Below are positions 14,567-28,535 of a DNA stretch of 64,000 bases, piece by piece (position 1 is the first letter of the stretch; each line of letters starts with the position of its first letter). The stretch spans positions 14,561,164 to 14,625,163 of the forward strand of contig CM119270.1 of assembly GCA_051294375.1 (NCBI GenBank). The letters run 5' to 3'. The notes beneath the pieces are model-generated. The model was not told the origin of the DNA. It saw nothing but the letters and a program-made list of their open reading frames with translations, and made no database searches. The DNA comes from Paraspadella gotoi. Taxonomy: Eukaryota > Animalia > Chaetognatha. The translations under genes were made by a program, and so were the position numbers.

Positions 14567-15687
14567 CGAAAGAAAAAAAAAAAAAAAAGGAAAAAGAAAA
14601 AATGGAAAAAAGAAAAAGATGAGAAGGGGGGGGTCTAGGACGGCACTAGGAAAAAGGACATTCGCCCCAAGACTTTTTTGCTGAGCTTTTTTCAAATTTT
14701 TTTTTATACGTAGATTTTTTGCGTGTTGGCTGAAACATACTAATACGTCGTGGCCGGGGCACGCAAATAACGACGTTCGCACGCAGGATAGGAGCGCTAG
14801 AGCGCTTGCAGGATGTTGAGGCATACAATATTTTGATATATAATTCGTTTTGATTATACATTTTAATGCCAAATCCAAGATTAAAGCTTTCTATAAAAAC
14901 ATATTAGTCTCTTATCCCACATTGTCAATAAAAATTCTCCGAATAAACCAGCAAGAATTGTATAAAGCCAAAAAAATAAATAAAAGCAATAAGGAAATAA
15001 TGATATATGAATAATTATATTAGTATTGGTCCGCTACCAGATTTTCATATTAAAAAATCTACCAATGGAAGCAAAAAATAGAAAAATCGCCGTTTTGAGC
15101 GCCAAGAAAATTTTCTAGGAAAACTACGCCGCTAAAAATATCCAGATGAGATGGAAACCGTTGGAAAACCGACAGAGCGGTCGAAGCGCATGAATTAACA
15201 AACTCGCCCATGAGCGAGAAGTGAGACTCAGACACAAGAGAGAGAGAGAGAGATAGAGAGGAGATAAGAGAGATGAGAGAGAGAGAGAGAGAGAGAGAAG
15301 AGAGAGAGAGGAGAAGAGAGAGAAAGAGAGAGAGAGAGACGAGAGAGAGATGAGAAAGAGAGAAGCGCGAAGAGATAGAGAGAGAGAGAGAGACAATGAG
15401 AGAGAGATCGAGAGAGAGAGAGTTCAGTGGCCAGCCAACCTACTCGTATACAAATAGTCTTACTTTACTCCCTGCGTTTCTTCTCTCCCACATGTGAACG
15501 AAAAAAAAAAAGGTTGAGGTAGCGTTGACGCCAGGCCGGTTATCCCTCCTGCCCTTTAAACCACCCATTCACCCTCCCCCCCCTCTCCCCTTCCTTCCCT
15601 TCAGCCTTTACTTGCCCGCGGGTCACGGATCCAATTTCAGGGGTCTTTTGTTTATGACGGGCATTTTGGGGATTTATAGGCGATTAG
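9135..15687 (+). repeat. Direct duplication of about 361-6870 at an offset of about 8.8 kb
   Basis: 9135-13394 is a noisy copy of 361-4549. About 13520-15598 is letter-for-letter identical to about 4700-6778 (offset 8820). Confidence 0.9.
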
Positions 15688-16786
15688 NNNNNNNNNNNNN
15701 NNNNNNNNNNNNNNNNNNNNNNNNNNNNNNNNNNNNNNNNNNNNNNNNNNNNNNNNNNNNNNNNNNNNNNNNNNNNNNNNNNNNNNNNNNNNNNNNNNNN
15801 NNNNNNNNNNNNNNNNNNNNNNNNNNNNGAGGGGGAGAAGGAAAGAGGAAAGTGTGGATAAGGGAAGAGAGTTGAATTTAAAGATCGACGAAAAAGGTAA
15901 AGAGCTGAAAGGAACAGATTCTACCTCTAACAAAAAGGGAGGATGTCAACCTCGGTGGCTCGGTGCCCATAATCGAAAACTATTTCGATTTTCGAGCTTT
16001 ACGTAATTTTCAAGATTACTTGTTTAAACATAAATTAAATTCTTGTTTATTTTTTTAATTTTATTAATTTGTGATTTAGATTTATTTATTTATAATTTAA
16101 TAATGAATTTGGATGAGGAACAGCTCGTGCTACCTCCGGCGCAATAATTGATGCCGTTTCTCGGACGAGTAGCCGAGTCTAGCGGCGCTACAATGCACAG
16201 TTTTTTAGGATATTTGTCAGTTAACTGTTAATTTTCTTTTGGTTTTATCTTTAAATTCTTACTTTGTTCAGCCCCCCCGTATCAATTTATGCCTCATTTT
16301 GATTTTGAATTGGTCATTCAATAACTTTTAGTTCAACTCCTTACAGATAATTTATTCTAGACACAAATATTTATCATGACGATATTCCATTCTTGCCGTA
16401 TTTTCCGTCTCCCCTCTTTCATTCCCTTTCCTTTCCTCCTTTTCCTTTAACCGGCGATGCATCGATCTTTCCTCNNNNNNNNNNNNNNNNNNNNNNNNNN
16501 NNNNNNNNNNNNNNNNNNNNNNNNNNNNNNNNNNNNNNNNNNNNNNNNNNNNNNNNNNNNNNNNNNNNNNNNNNNNNNNNNNNNNNNNNNNNNNNNNNNN
16601 NNNNNNNNNNNNNNNNNNNNNNNNNNNNNNNNNNNNNNNNNNNNNNNNNNNNNNNNNNNNNNNNNNNNNNNNNNNNNNNNNNNNNNNNNNNNNNNNNNNN
16701 NNNNNNNNNNNNNNNNNNNNNNNNNNNNNNNNNNNNNNNNNNNNNNNNNNNNNNNNNNNNNNNNNNNNNNNNNNNNNCCTTTTCCT

Positions 16787-18249
16787 TTAACCGACGATGC
16801 ATCGATCTTTCCTCCATCTCCTCTTTATCTTCCCAGTCTCCACGTACAACTTGAAATCGTCGAAAGTCAAAAATCGGGATCTTTTGATTTTTCTCGCGAT
16901 TTCGTCGTCGACTTCGTAGTTGAGCGGCCGACAGAGGCGCTTCATGTCTTCAAGGGTGATCCATCCGTCTCTGGGGTTGGGATGGGAGTTTAAAAAGAAA
17001 AAGGTGGAGGTGGCAATTTAACTTCTGCGTCCATTGACTCCCGACGAGCAACGACAACCTGTCCGCGTCCATGGCAACGAACGTCGCCCACAACAGATCC
17101 TCCGGATTGACGATGACGGACGGTTCCGAGTTCGGATCCGCGTTCGTCGACGCAGCAGCCACCGCCTCAGCCGCCTCAGCAGAAGCCTCCGCCGTCTCTG
17201 ACATCTCTCGTTCGATCAACAAACGAACGAAATCCAATTTGCTGAAACCGAATGGATAAAATTCGAAAAGATTTCATGCTGCACCGTAAGACGCAACGCC
17301 ACGAAACGCGATGTCCCCGTCTTTCCATGTCGAGCCATGCCATGTCCACCGAACCTGAGAAAACCGCCGTCGGCGGTTCCCTTAGCCTCGCGGATCATCC
17401 TCCCCGCCTCATTCGCCTCCAAGTCGCCGCCTTTGCAGCGGACCCAACACATCACGTCGTTGACGCCGAGGCGACCGTCCTGATGGTCACGTGATCCGGT
17501 GAAGGCGAAGAACAAAAATTAAAAAAAAACTAATGAAAACAATTATCAATCAGTAGGTAATAAAGCGGTTCTGGGTATGATCGGTGATGCCTAGTGAGTG
17601 TTTAGGGTTGAATCGTGTAAGATGCGGAAATTTAATAACCGTGAAAGTAAAGAGACTCTTCACGATACCGTCAAACACACCATCGATATCATCATCATCA
17701 TCGTCATCATCATCATCATCATCATCATCATCGCCAATATCGGCAATCGTAAATAACGTAAAAGAGAATAAAAATAAATAACCACCACTACCACCACAAC
17801 TTCCACCTTATCGGCGTCGGCGTCCCTGAAGAGTTGGACGGCGGCGGCGATGGCCTCGAGATCGAAACCGAAGTCGAAGTAGCAAGAGTTGAGGACTTCG
17901 AATCCGCGGACGAAGATGTGGGACGAGGCGAAGACGAAGACGTCGCGAAGTTCCGACCCGGCGAAGGGGGAGGAAGGGTCGACTGAATTTTGGGATTATA
18001 TTATTTATTTAATTTTTAATCGTTATTGTATATTTTAATAATCCCCGGTCGCTCCGTCTTACTTTTCCTCGGGCGTCTCGAAACGCTGTTCACTTGTCTA
18101 ACTTGATTGTTCCAGTTGTCGTTCCTAGGGGCTGCTGCCCCCTTTCGACGAATTTTCGAACCATTTCCGTGTCCTTTTGTTTTTTCGTCCAACGACTCCG
18201 AGAATACTGTTCCGAGGTTCGACGAACGAAACGCTTCGGACATTGTCAT
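16787..18249 (-). CDS. Calmodulin/myosin-light-chain-like EF-hand protein, about 284 aa, 5 exons: 18249-18063, 17982-17807, 17479-17355, 17241-17059, 16970-16787
   Basis: Four GT-AG introns give one open frame of 855 nt. Two EF loops are assembled across splice junctions: LFRDA-DADK|DGRLGVND-V and TFVAM-DADR|DGWITLED-M. Two further EF hands are degenerate (GGFLSKLDF, RFLTFDDF). The protein ends KIKRRWRKDRCIVG*. Confidence 0.85.
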
Positions 18250-20313
18250 TTAAAACTTCGATACTAACATACAGCGCGTCAACTATTTGTCTCTAGCTCT
18301 CTCCTCCTCCCTGTCCTCTATCTTGTCTACGATGAAAAGCATAGCCAAATACATAAACACAAAAACTGAAGTACAAATAAAAAGAGAAGCGGCGAGATTC
18401 ATCGAGTCCTACGGAGTTAATTATTTTTCAAAGGGAACGGGGTTCATCTTCGTCACTTTTTTTTTCGGAATTTAAAAATTATAAAAAAATCAAAACTCGT
18501 TCTCCTTTCGGGTTACATTCTGAAAGAAACGTAAAATCGACGCATTCAAAAGGCGAGGACCACAGCGGCCCCTTGAGAGACTTTGCTGAGTTTTAGCATT
18601 CGTTTTATTGCGCGTAGACTGTTGTCGCTAAAATTGGAAGAGCACGCTTTTCAATGACCTTACCATTCTTAACTCACCCACAAGCAGAAGCGGCAAGTGT
18701 TAATTTTGCGATCGACTTTCGATCATGATTTTCGTGGGGAAATGATTGCGGCGGTTTNNNNNNNNNNNNNNNNNNNNNNNNNNNNNNNNNNNNNNNNNNN
18801 NNNNNNNNNNNNNNNNNNNNNNNNNNNNNNNNNNNNNNNNNNNNNNNNNNNNNNNNNNNNNNNNNNNNNNNNNNNNNNNNNNNNNNNNNNNNNNNNNNNN
18901 NNNNNNNNNNNNNNNNNNNNNNNNNNNNNNNNNNNNNNNNNNNNNNNNNNNNNNNNNNNNNNNNNNNNNNNNNNNNNNNNNNNNNNNNNNTCTTCTCTAA
19001 CGTTTTGCATTAATTTTTTAATATGACATGTTTGGTAAGATTTTAATTAAATGCATGTGTCTAGGTACTTTTTAAAGTCGGCTAATTTAGGAGTTACTCT
19101 CTGATTCATTAAAAAAAACAAAAAAACATTAAGGTTATGCCTAAGTCATGTTAATCGCTTATTGTTTTATCTCCTTTTTTCTTTCCTATTTTCCCTATTT
19201 TTAAAATTTGCCTGGAACCTTCTCCTACTCTCATTTTACCTATTTTTTATTCTCCCTTTTTTTCTTCTTCTTCTTCCTTCGTCCACGCCCACAACCACCG
19301 CCCTCTCTCCACCGCCCNNNNNNNNNNNNNNNNNNNNNNNNNACGCCCTCTCTCCACCGCCGCACTCTCTCTTATCTTCGCTCCACGGCGCCAGCCCCCA
19401 CCGCCCTCTTCATCCCCTGCTTCATTCCTTCCGATCTGCCACTCCCTCACTCGACGCGTCCGCTCAGTCCAAGAATTTCAACCACTAAATCACCCCCAAC
19501 ACCCCACAACCCCCGCCCGCATTTTCACATTTTCACCCCACTTCCCTACTTCTCTCCACCCTTTTGCACGGTGGCTCAATTGAGGCCCCGGCTCGCGACC
19601 TCATGGTCCATAGAGGATCGACCGCTGTATGTCGTCGCCGTCGCCGTCGTCGTCGTCGCCGTCCGTAGTTTCCCCCACCGCCACCATCATCGTCATCATC
19701 ATCGTCATCATCATCATCTCCATCATCGTCGAAGGATCGATTTCGATTTTCGAACTGAAGCCTCATAGAAAAAAAAAGTTAAAAAAAATACGTAAAAATC
19801 AAATTTCGCTGTTTTTTACTTTTTCGATCGGATTTAATACGAAAAAGAAAAATTCTTAAAAACAAGAAGAACAACTCGATATATTTCTCCTGCGATGAAG
19901 AGAGAGAAAAAAAAACAATAAAAGAAATGATAAACAATAAAAGAAATGATAAACTTTCACCGAGAAAAGAAAAAAAGGATAAAAGCTTCGAAATCAAGTG
20001 TTTCGACCGCTAATTGAATCGCCCGCCTTCACTGTTCGCCGACAGCTTGACTGTTGTTGCCTGTTATATCAACAACTGGTCGGGCGTGCACGGTTCGACA
20101 CTGTTATTTAAAAGAGGAATACAAATAGATACTAAGATTGTTGACAAAACTTCAGCCTTCTTCTTTCTATTTTCGGCACAGTTGCGCTTCCATCTTTATG
20201 CCATATAAATCAAGCTGACAAAATCATAAAGCCACTGTGATTTTTTTTTGCGATGACGATGTGAATTGCCCATTATGTTTATATTTTTAGCGGGTTAAGA
20301 TAAAACAGTGGCG

Positions 20314-20374
<61 letters not shown>

Positions 20375-21031
20375 TTTACGACCTTCACTCCCGCTCGTCT
20401 CACGGAAAGGTTTTCACGAGATTTCTCACATGAGTTGTTGTGAAATTCTCATGAGGAGATTTGAGTCTTTGAGTCGAGTTTCGCTACCATCTTTCTCTTT
20501 CTCGCCCGCGCCCTCCGTCGGCCTTTTGCCAAACTCAAAATACGTTATATTAATGCGTTTTATCGAATTTTAAATCGACGCCGCTTTCGCACCGTAAAGA
20601 GAATTCGACAATCAATTGTAAATTAAGGAGAAAACTGACGAGTTAATAGACAAGAAATACAACCAACAAGTTGAAGCTTCTGCATTGTATAAAACCATTT
20701 TCTTTTTTCGATAATTAATAGATTATTCTCTCTATCGCACATTTAATCTCGCCAATCGCTCTTCATATCTCTCTTTCAATCGCCCAACCGTCGACCTCCG
20801 ATCGCTATTCGGTCAGACGATGGACTACCTTGAGTCTAACTGTTGATCTCCGGACCAACGCGCATCTTNNNNNNNNNNNNNNNNNNNNNNNNNACGGCGC
20901 ATCTTGCTTGTCTCCGTTGTTGTTGTTTTATTTGCAAAAAAAAAGATTTTTTTTTGCTTGTTTTATCTCTCTCTCTCTCTCTCTCTTGCTTCTCTCTCTC
21001 TCTCTCTCTCTTCCTCTCTCTCCGTTCTTCT

Positions 21032-21072
<41 letters not shown>

Positions 21073-22402
21073 ACTCTCTCTACTCTCTCTCTCCTCTCTC
21101 TCGTTTATTTTAAATTTTTATCTTTCTATTTATTCTATATTTTTAGTTCTTCTATTTCTCTGGGTAATATGGATATTTCAACAATTTGACTAAGCGGATT
21201 TACTCGACCCCTTCGCTGTTACGAACAAGACGAACTGCTAATAACAAGAAAATTAGTTAAAATAAGCTGCAAAAAGTTGCATTCCTCAGCTACATAATGT
21301 GCTCGCCGCAATATTTGCGAAGAAGAGTTTGGATACTAGCCCAAGGGAAAATTTGGCGAATGATAATCTCAAAGTGGATACACGTGGTCGTCGCTTAGAC
21401 GGGGTTATCGTTCGTCGTTATCGTCGCTTTCTCATAAGGCGTCATCTCTTGTCTCTCGTCATTTTTAATTCATTGGCAACGCCGCATTTTCTCTTCTTAC
21501 GACGAATGTAGAAAAAAATTTTAAAAACATTTCTTTAATTGGCAATTCTTAAGACCGTTATGTCACAACTGACTTTCACAATTATCAGTTCAACAAGATG
21601 TGATAGAAAACGCAGACCTGTTGGACGTCTTTTTTAAGCGAATTTTATGTTCCCAATGATCGATCGCTGTGTAATTTTATAACCGAAAAAAAAATATTGC
21701 ATTTTATCTTTTTCTTTGCGTTTCTCTTATCTTTCTTTCTCCCTCTTTCTCTTTCGATCCTCTCTTCTCTTCTCTCTTTCTTTCTTTCTTTCTATTCTTT
21801 TCTTTCTTTCTTTCTCTCTTCATTTCTTCTCTTTCTTTCTTTCTTTCTTTTTCTTTCTTTTCTTTCTTTTCTTTCTCTTCTTTCTTTCTTTTCTCTCCCT
21901 CCTTTGGTACTCTTTCTTTTTATTTCTTTTCACTTTCGTCTTTAGTCCCTTTTATTCGAATGACTTTATAAAAAGAATTGAGGTTTAACTTCGGGACAAG
22001 TTTTTATTTCACATTGGTTTTCTTATCTCTAGATTTTTGCCGAATGAATTAAAAAATTACCAGTTGAAGCAGCGACTAACGATCGTTCACTCCCTGATGA
22101 GGTGCGCCTCAGTTCTTCTTTCAATCCCTTTAAGGTATTTTCAGGAGGAATAAACAAAATCTACTTCTCTTCTCTCTCTCTTCCTCTCTCCTCTCTCTCT
22201 CTCTCTTACTCATTTCATGCCATTCAAAACAATTACAAATCCGTCTAAGTTCTCTTTTAAGCCACCCCATAGTTCGGTCTTCTATCACTTTCGAGGATAC
22301 CATTTTTGATATTTATATTTTTTCTACATGTTTTTTCCCATTTTTTTATAGATATTATTTAGGAAAAGATCTGGTAAAAACGGCATCATAATGGTAACAA
22401 AC

Positions 22403-23513
22403 TAGGGGTCTTAACCGATAACGGTTAACCGTTAATACTGATAAAAAATAAATTTTAAAACCGAATCGCGTTAATTTGGTAAAATTAAACCAGTTACTTT
22501 AAAATTTACTAATTTAATTTCTATTTGTTTTAAGTATTATGTTTTTCCTTTGCAAGGCTGTCAAACTATTTCTCAAATGTTCCTATTTCTAGATTATTAT
22601 ATATATATATTACTATATTAATTGATATATTATGTAAGTTTAAAAGTGAAAACATTAATTTTAATTGCAACTATGAATTTATTTAATTAAAAAATAACAA
22701 TGTTTCACGCTTAATATTAGCCCTTCTTCACTGCAAATGGTTTGTGAAATTTCCAATATATGTAATGGAGAGAGAGAAGAGAGCTCTTTCTTCATCTTAT
22801 AAATTACCATATTAAAAAAATAATAAACTATCAACTCTTATATTCTTCACCCTCACTTTCATTTATTTGAATGTTATAGTTAACAATATAGTTATTATTT
22901 ATTACTTTCGTAGTTTAAATTTTTTATCACTTCGCTAACTTATTTACATGCCTATGTATTTTACTGTAGCTACAGAATTTTAATTTCTTTTAATTTCGTT
23001 ATTCTCAATCAACTGACTTTAACAAGTAATCAAACATTCTTCTCTTCTCTCTCTCTCTCTCTCTCTCTTCTCACTCTCTCTCTCTCTCTGCCCTTCCTCC
23101 CTCCCTCCCTCTCTCTCTCTCTCTCTTGTTCTCTTTTTCTCTCTGTTCTCTCTCGATTGTCTCATTGACAGAAGGCTAACATTTTGCATAAAAAAAGCAA
23201 AGGAAATTACGTGGGAAACAGATAATTTTAATTTATAAAAGTTAATCCCGCTTCAACTCACGTACCAACTCCAACATTAGTTGATTTTTATGTTTTTTTG
23301 GTTTTTGTTATTACAATTTTTTCTTGATGAATTCCTTTTTAATTCATTTGTATTGGAAATAAAAAATATTTTCTTTACTTATGTGTGTTACTTATGTTTT
23401 TACTTATATTTGTTTGTTTGCAAATTAACCGATTTAACGGTTAACCGGGTTTAAATTTAGATTTTAACCGTTAATAAAAAATTTTAAAATTAACCGTTTT
23501 TTTTGACGCCTTA
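22403..23513. mobile_element. Second (duplicated) copy of the hAT-like non-autonomous element
   Basis: Same ends, same TAACAAAC flanks and same flanking DNA as 27383-28535, so it is part of the segmental copy and not an independent insertion. Confidence 0.65.
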
Positions 23514-24084
23514 TAACAAACGTAGTCTTTACATAGATAATTTTGATTTGAAGAATGAACACGAAAATATTTATGCCCTCAGTTGATATTAGCTCTGTAA
23601 TTTGTATAGTAAATATTGACATAACCTAAGAAAGTCATACAAGTTTTATTTAAAAAACCATGATAACAGTAAAACAACGCAGAGTGATACAATAAAATGA
23701 CCTAATAAGGACATCAAAGGCTCTATAGAAAATACACGACATGACTGATATGACTGAAATGACGTAAATGACATAAAATGACATTAAAGCAGTAAAATGA
23801 AAAAAAGGAGTGTTACATATTTTCTTATAACGTTTTTAATCATTTTTTTATAGTTGATGATATCTGTCTTCTTCGGAAATTTCACAAATAATAATGTTCC
23901 TGATAGAATTCCAAGAATAAAAATATCCACTCCAAAACTTCCATTAACTCTTGTCTAGCTTTAATAAACTATATGAGAATAGTATTTTTAAAACAATGCT
24001 TAAAAATATTTTGTTTACTGTTCCTAAATAACTATTTAAAAAAACTCCAACTATGCAAATGAGATTTCAAAAGGTTTTTTTTAT

Positions 24085-24122
<38 letters not shown>

Positions 24123-25237
24123 AGGATAGAGAGAGAGAAACATGAGAGAAACGACTGACAGACGAAGAGAGAGAGATGAAGAGAGAGAAGAGAAAGGAGA
24201 GAGAGAAGTTAGAAACATTGTGCGCTAAATATCTGTACTTACATGCCCAAGCCTCAATCTGCCGACTACTCATACCTCCTTATTCTTCCTCCTCCTCCTC
24301 AATCCGGACGCATGCACGATCTTTCGATCGAATTTCTGTTCTTCACAACAGAAATGTACAGAGAGGAAGTCAGGGAAACAACGCATTGTTGGCGGTTGGT
24401 TGTTTTAAGCTGTTTGTTTGTAAATACATGTACTTTCAATTTGTTGTTCTCTCTCCTTTGTTTCTGGAATTCCGTCCTCAAGCTTTCTTCTTTCCGATAT
24501 TGTATTACTCCTTTGCTTCTCATTAGCTAATTTTTATAGCATTTTTATTGTTTCATTTATAGTTATTTTTTTGTACTTGTTGTAGTAAATGCTCATACGA
24601 TATCTTATATCTCTCTTTAGTGTTGTATGTTATCCTTTTGTTTCAGGCTTCCCCCCATCGACGGCGAGGACACGCGAGTGGCGTGACCTCCAGAGGGACA
24701 AGCAAAACAAAAAGGACATAGAGAGTTAGGATAAGAATAGATAAAACGTCTTCTAAAAAGTTAATATAAATAATAATTAATTGTATATATTTTATATTTG
24801 AAAAAAATATATCTATGATACGTCTTAATGCGACCAATTGTAGTGAATCAAATGTAACGAAGACGATGACAAAGACGACGACAAAAGTCAAACGACAAAC
24901 GACGGACGGTGACCTTACCATTCACCACTGTGTATCCACTCGCTCTTAGTTAAAATCCTTTCGGAAATATAAATTGAAGATTTCAAAAGCAAAAAAAGAT
25001 TGAAATGTCAAAAAATTGTCGTATCTCAGATCTTATCTCCAAGTGTATGATATTTTTTGATATCTATAGGTTTTAGTATTGCGCATAGCCATCTCACCGC
25101 GTCCTCCATTGACAGGTTCTTCTATCCCGGACGTCGTCCCTCGCCCCCGGACGTCATCCGTGGTGACAACCCACAACCCCTCGCCCCCGCCACCTCTCCA
25201 CCCTCCCCTCCACGCCCTGCCGCCCACCTTTCCTAAG

Positions 25238-25960
25238 ATGGGCGAGGAAGTGGGGCGAAGCACCCGGGACTGGGTCTACCATCCAACAGTCATGAGATTC
25301 CGGATGAAGGTCAATCGAAGCCCTTCGACCGCCAAGACCGGACGTTTGGAGTCAAACATGATACGGAGTATGTTCATCATGGATAAGATCAAGGGGAGAA
25401 AGGGGGAAAAGGTCAACCGTAGAGGACGTCATGAGGGGAAGCGCTAAGTTAGGGTTGGTGGGCGCGAGGAGGTCGAGCGTGTTGAGAAGAGAGTGGCGAA
25501 AAATGTCTGTTCATTCACTCGGAGAGTTTTAACCCTTTAGGCTTTTCGTTAACACAAGTTCCTTGGGCTGTGATGTTAGTTTGGATGTCTTTAAAGAATC
25601 CGGAAAGAATATGAGCCAACAATAGTTTTATGTTTTACATTACATTAAAAAATCATTTTTTTTTCTAGCAAAAGATAGACATTTTTCTATATATATATAA
25701 AAAAACAGCAAAAATAAATGTTTTCATAGCTTGTATGTGTAATAAATTAAAATAGCTTGAAATACCAAATTTCAAAATGGAAACTAAACGAACTTTTCCT
25801 CCACCACCTCCAGTCTTGGACGTTCCAAAGGCGGAAGCTATACCACAAAATCCTCCCAAGTTCTACCAAAGGGTAGGACATGTTCGGAATCTCTCGCATC
25901 TCAACGACGCCTCCCGTTCTTTATAACCTGAGATCGAGATACGTCGTCATGATGATACAC
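25238..25960 (+). pseudogene. Frameshifted duplicate of myosin coding exons 1-2
   Basis: Matches 30206-30903 (RDWVY.., [16 protein letters not shown]) with many indels and a destroyed exon-1 donor; lies within the noisy tandem copy. Confidence 0.65.
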
Positions 25961-26786
25961 GTTCTCACCGTCTGGAAATAAATAAATACTTATTTTTACG
26001 TTAATTAGTATCTTTCCCATATGGCAATGGCCAATTGCGTATAATGGTATGAAGCGATCGCGTTTATTTTATTATTAAGTTATTCATATTCGTATCAACA
26101 GCAGACTACCGAGCCTAACTAATCTTCGGTAGAAACCTGTGCTGTTGAATATCGTCAATACGTGGTTCATTCGTATCAATTTACAAAATTTTAGTAAAAT
26201 GCTTCAACCAATTTGGACTAAGCGGATTTACTCGACCCCTTCGCTGTTACGAACAAGACGAACTGCAATAACAAAAAATTAGTTAAAAAGCTGCATAAAA
26301 GTTGCATCCTCAGCGACATAATGTGCTCGCCGCATATTTGGTTTGGAACTAGCCCAAGGGAATTTTCGAATGATAATCTCAAAGTTGGATACCTGGTCGT
26401 CGCTTTAGACGGGGTTATCGTCGTCGTTATCGTCGCTTTCGTCATCATCGTCATCTTCTTTGTCTCTTCGTCGATTTTAATTCATTGCAACGCCGCATTT
26501 TCTCTTCTTACGGACGAATTAGAAAAATTTTAAAAACATTTCTTTTAATTGGCAATCTTAAGCCGTTATGTCACAACTATGTCACAACTTTCAGTTCAAC
26601 GATATTGTGATAGAAACGTCAGACCTGTTGGACGTCTTTTTTAAGCGAATTTTATTTCCTCAATGATCGATCGCTGTGTAATTTTTATAACCGAAAAAAA
26701 ATGCATTTTATCTTTTTTCTTTGCGTTTCTCTTACTTTTTCTTTCTCCCTCTTTCTCTTTCGATCTCTCTCTCTTTCTTTCTTTCT

Positions 26787-26817
<31 letters not shown>

Positions 26818-27146
26818 TTCTTTCTTTCTTCTTTCTTTCTTTCTTTTTTCTTTTCTTTTTCTTTTCTTTCTCTTCTTTCTTTCTTTTCTCTCCTCCTTTG
26901 CGTACTCTTTCTTTTATTTTCTTTTTCACTTTCGTTCTTTATAGTCATTTTATTCGAATGACTTTAAAAGAATGAGGTTTAACTTCGCGACAAGTTTGTT
27001 ATGTTCACATTGGTTTTCTATCTCAATTTTTGCCGAATGAATTAAAAAATTACCAGTTAAGAGGACCTAACGATCGTTCATCCTCTGATGAGGTGCGCCT
27101 CAGTTTCTTCTTTCAATCCCTTAAGGTATTTTCAGGAGGAATAAAC

Positions 27147-27194
<48 letters not shown>

Positions 27195-27382
27195 ATTTCA
27201 TGCATTCATAAACAATTACAAATCCGTCTAATTCTCTTTTAGCCACCCCATAGTTCGGTCTTCTATCAACTTTCGAGATACCATTTTTGATAATTTATAT
27301 TTTCTACATGGTTTTTTCCCATTTTTTTATAGTATTATTTAGGAAAGATCTTGGTAAAAACGGCATCATAATGGTAACAAAC

Positions 27383-28535
27383 TAGGGGTCTTAACCGATT
27401 AACGGTTAACCGTTAATTACTGATTAAAAATAATTTTAACCGATCGGTTAATTTGGTAAAATTAACCAGTTAACTTTAAAATTTACTAATTTAAATTTTT
27501 ATTTGTTTTAAGTATTATGTTTTTCCTTTGCAAGGCTGTCAACTATTTCTCAAAATTGTTTCCCCTATTTTAGATTATATAATATATTATATTACTATAT
27601 TATATGATATATATGTAAGTATTAAAAGTGAAACATAATTTTTAATTTCTAACTATGAATTTATTTTAATTAAAAATAACACATGTTTCAGCAATGTTGT
27701 TAGCCCTCTTCACTGCAAATTTGGTTTGTGAAATTTCCCAATATATGATAATGGGAGAGAGAGAGAGAGAGCTCTTTCTTCTTCTTATAATTTTACCATA
27801 TTAAAAAAAATAAACTATCAACTCTTTATTTTCACCCTCACTTTCATTTATTTTAATGTTTATTATTTAACAATATAGTTATTTATTACTTTCGTAGTTT
27901 AAATTTTTATCACGTTACTGCTTACTTATTTACATTTGCCTTAAATGTATTTTACTGTACTAACAGAATTTTAATTTCTTTTAATTTTCTTATTCTCAAT
28001 CTAACTGACTTTAACAAGTAATCAAACATTCTCTCTCTCTCTCTCTTCTCTCTCTCTCCTCTCTCTCTCTTCTCTCTCTCTCCCTCCTCCCTCCCTCCCT
28101 CCCCTCTCTCTCTCTCTCTCCTTTTCTCTTTTTTCTCTCTCTTCTCTCTCATTGTCTCATTGAAGAAGGCTAACATTTTGGCATACCAATTAAAAATAAG
28201 CAAAGAAATTACGGGGAACAGATAATTTTAATTATAAAAAGTTAATCCCGCTCAACTCACTTTACCACCTCCAACATTAGTTGATTTTTTTATGTTTTGT
28301 TTTGTTTTTTGTTATTACAATTTTTTCTTTGATGAATTCCTTTTTAATTCATTTTGATTGGAAATAAAAAAAATATTTTTTTTACTTATGTTTTGTTACT
28401 TATGTTTTGTTACTTATGTTTTGTTACTTATATTTTTTGTTGCAAATTAACCGATTTTAACGGTTAACCGGTTAAATTTTAGCATTTTAACCGTTAATTA
28501 AAATTTTTAAAATTAACCGTTTTTTTTTACGCCTA
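27383..28535. mobile_element. Non-autonomous hAT-type DNA transposon (MITE-like, about 1.15 kb)
   Basis: Perfect 8-bp TSD TAACAAAC (27375-27382 and 28536-28543); short imperfect TIR TAGGGGTC / (G)ACGCCTA; clusters of TTAACCG/CGGTTAA subterminal repeats at both ends; AT-rich non-coding interior. An 8-bp TSD with subterminal repeats is typical of hAT elements. Confidence 0.75.

Larger units (their letters stand above)
21182..26203 (+). repeat. Indel-rich tandem copy of about 26209-31124 (myosin upstream region plus first two coding exons); probable assembly artefact
   Basis: Colinear from GACTAAGCGGATTTACTCGACCC to TTAGTAAAATGCT with dense indels; follows the 25-N gap at 20869-20893. Confidence 0.88.

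Noticed and set aside
27080-27105. CTGATGAG hammerhead-like core (also at about 22094)
   Set aside because: No GAAA after the stem and no stems I or III.
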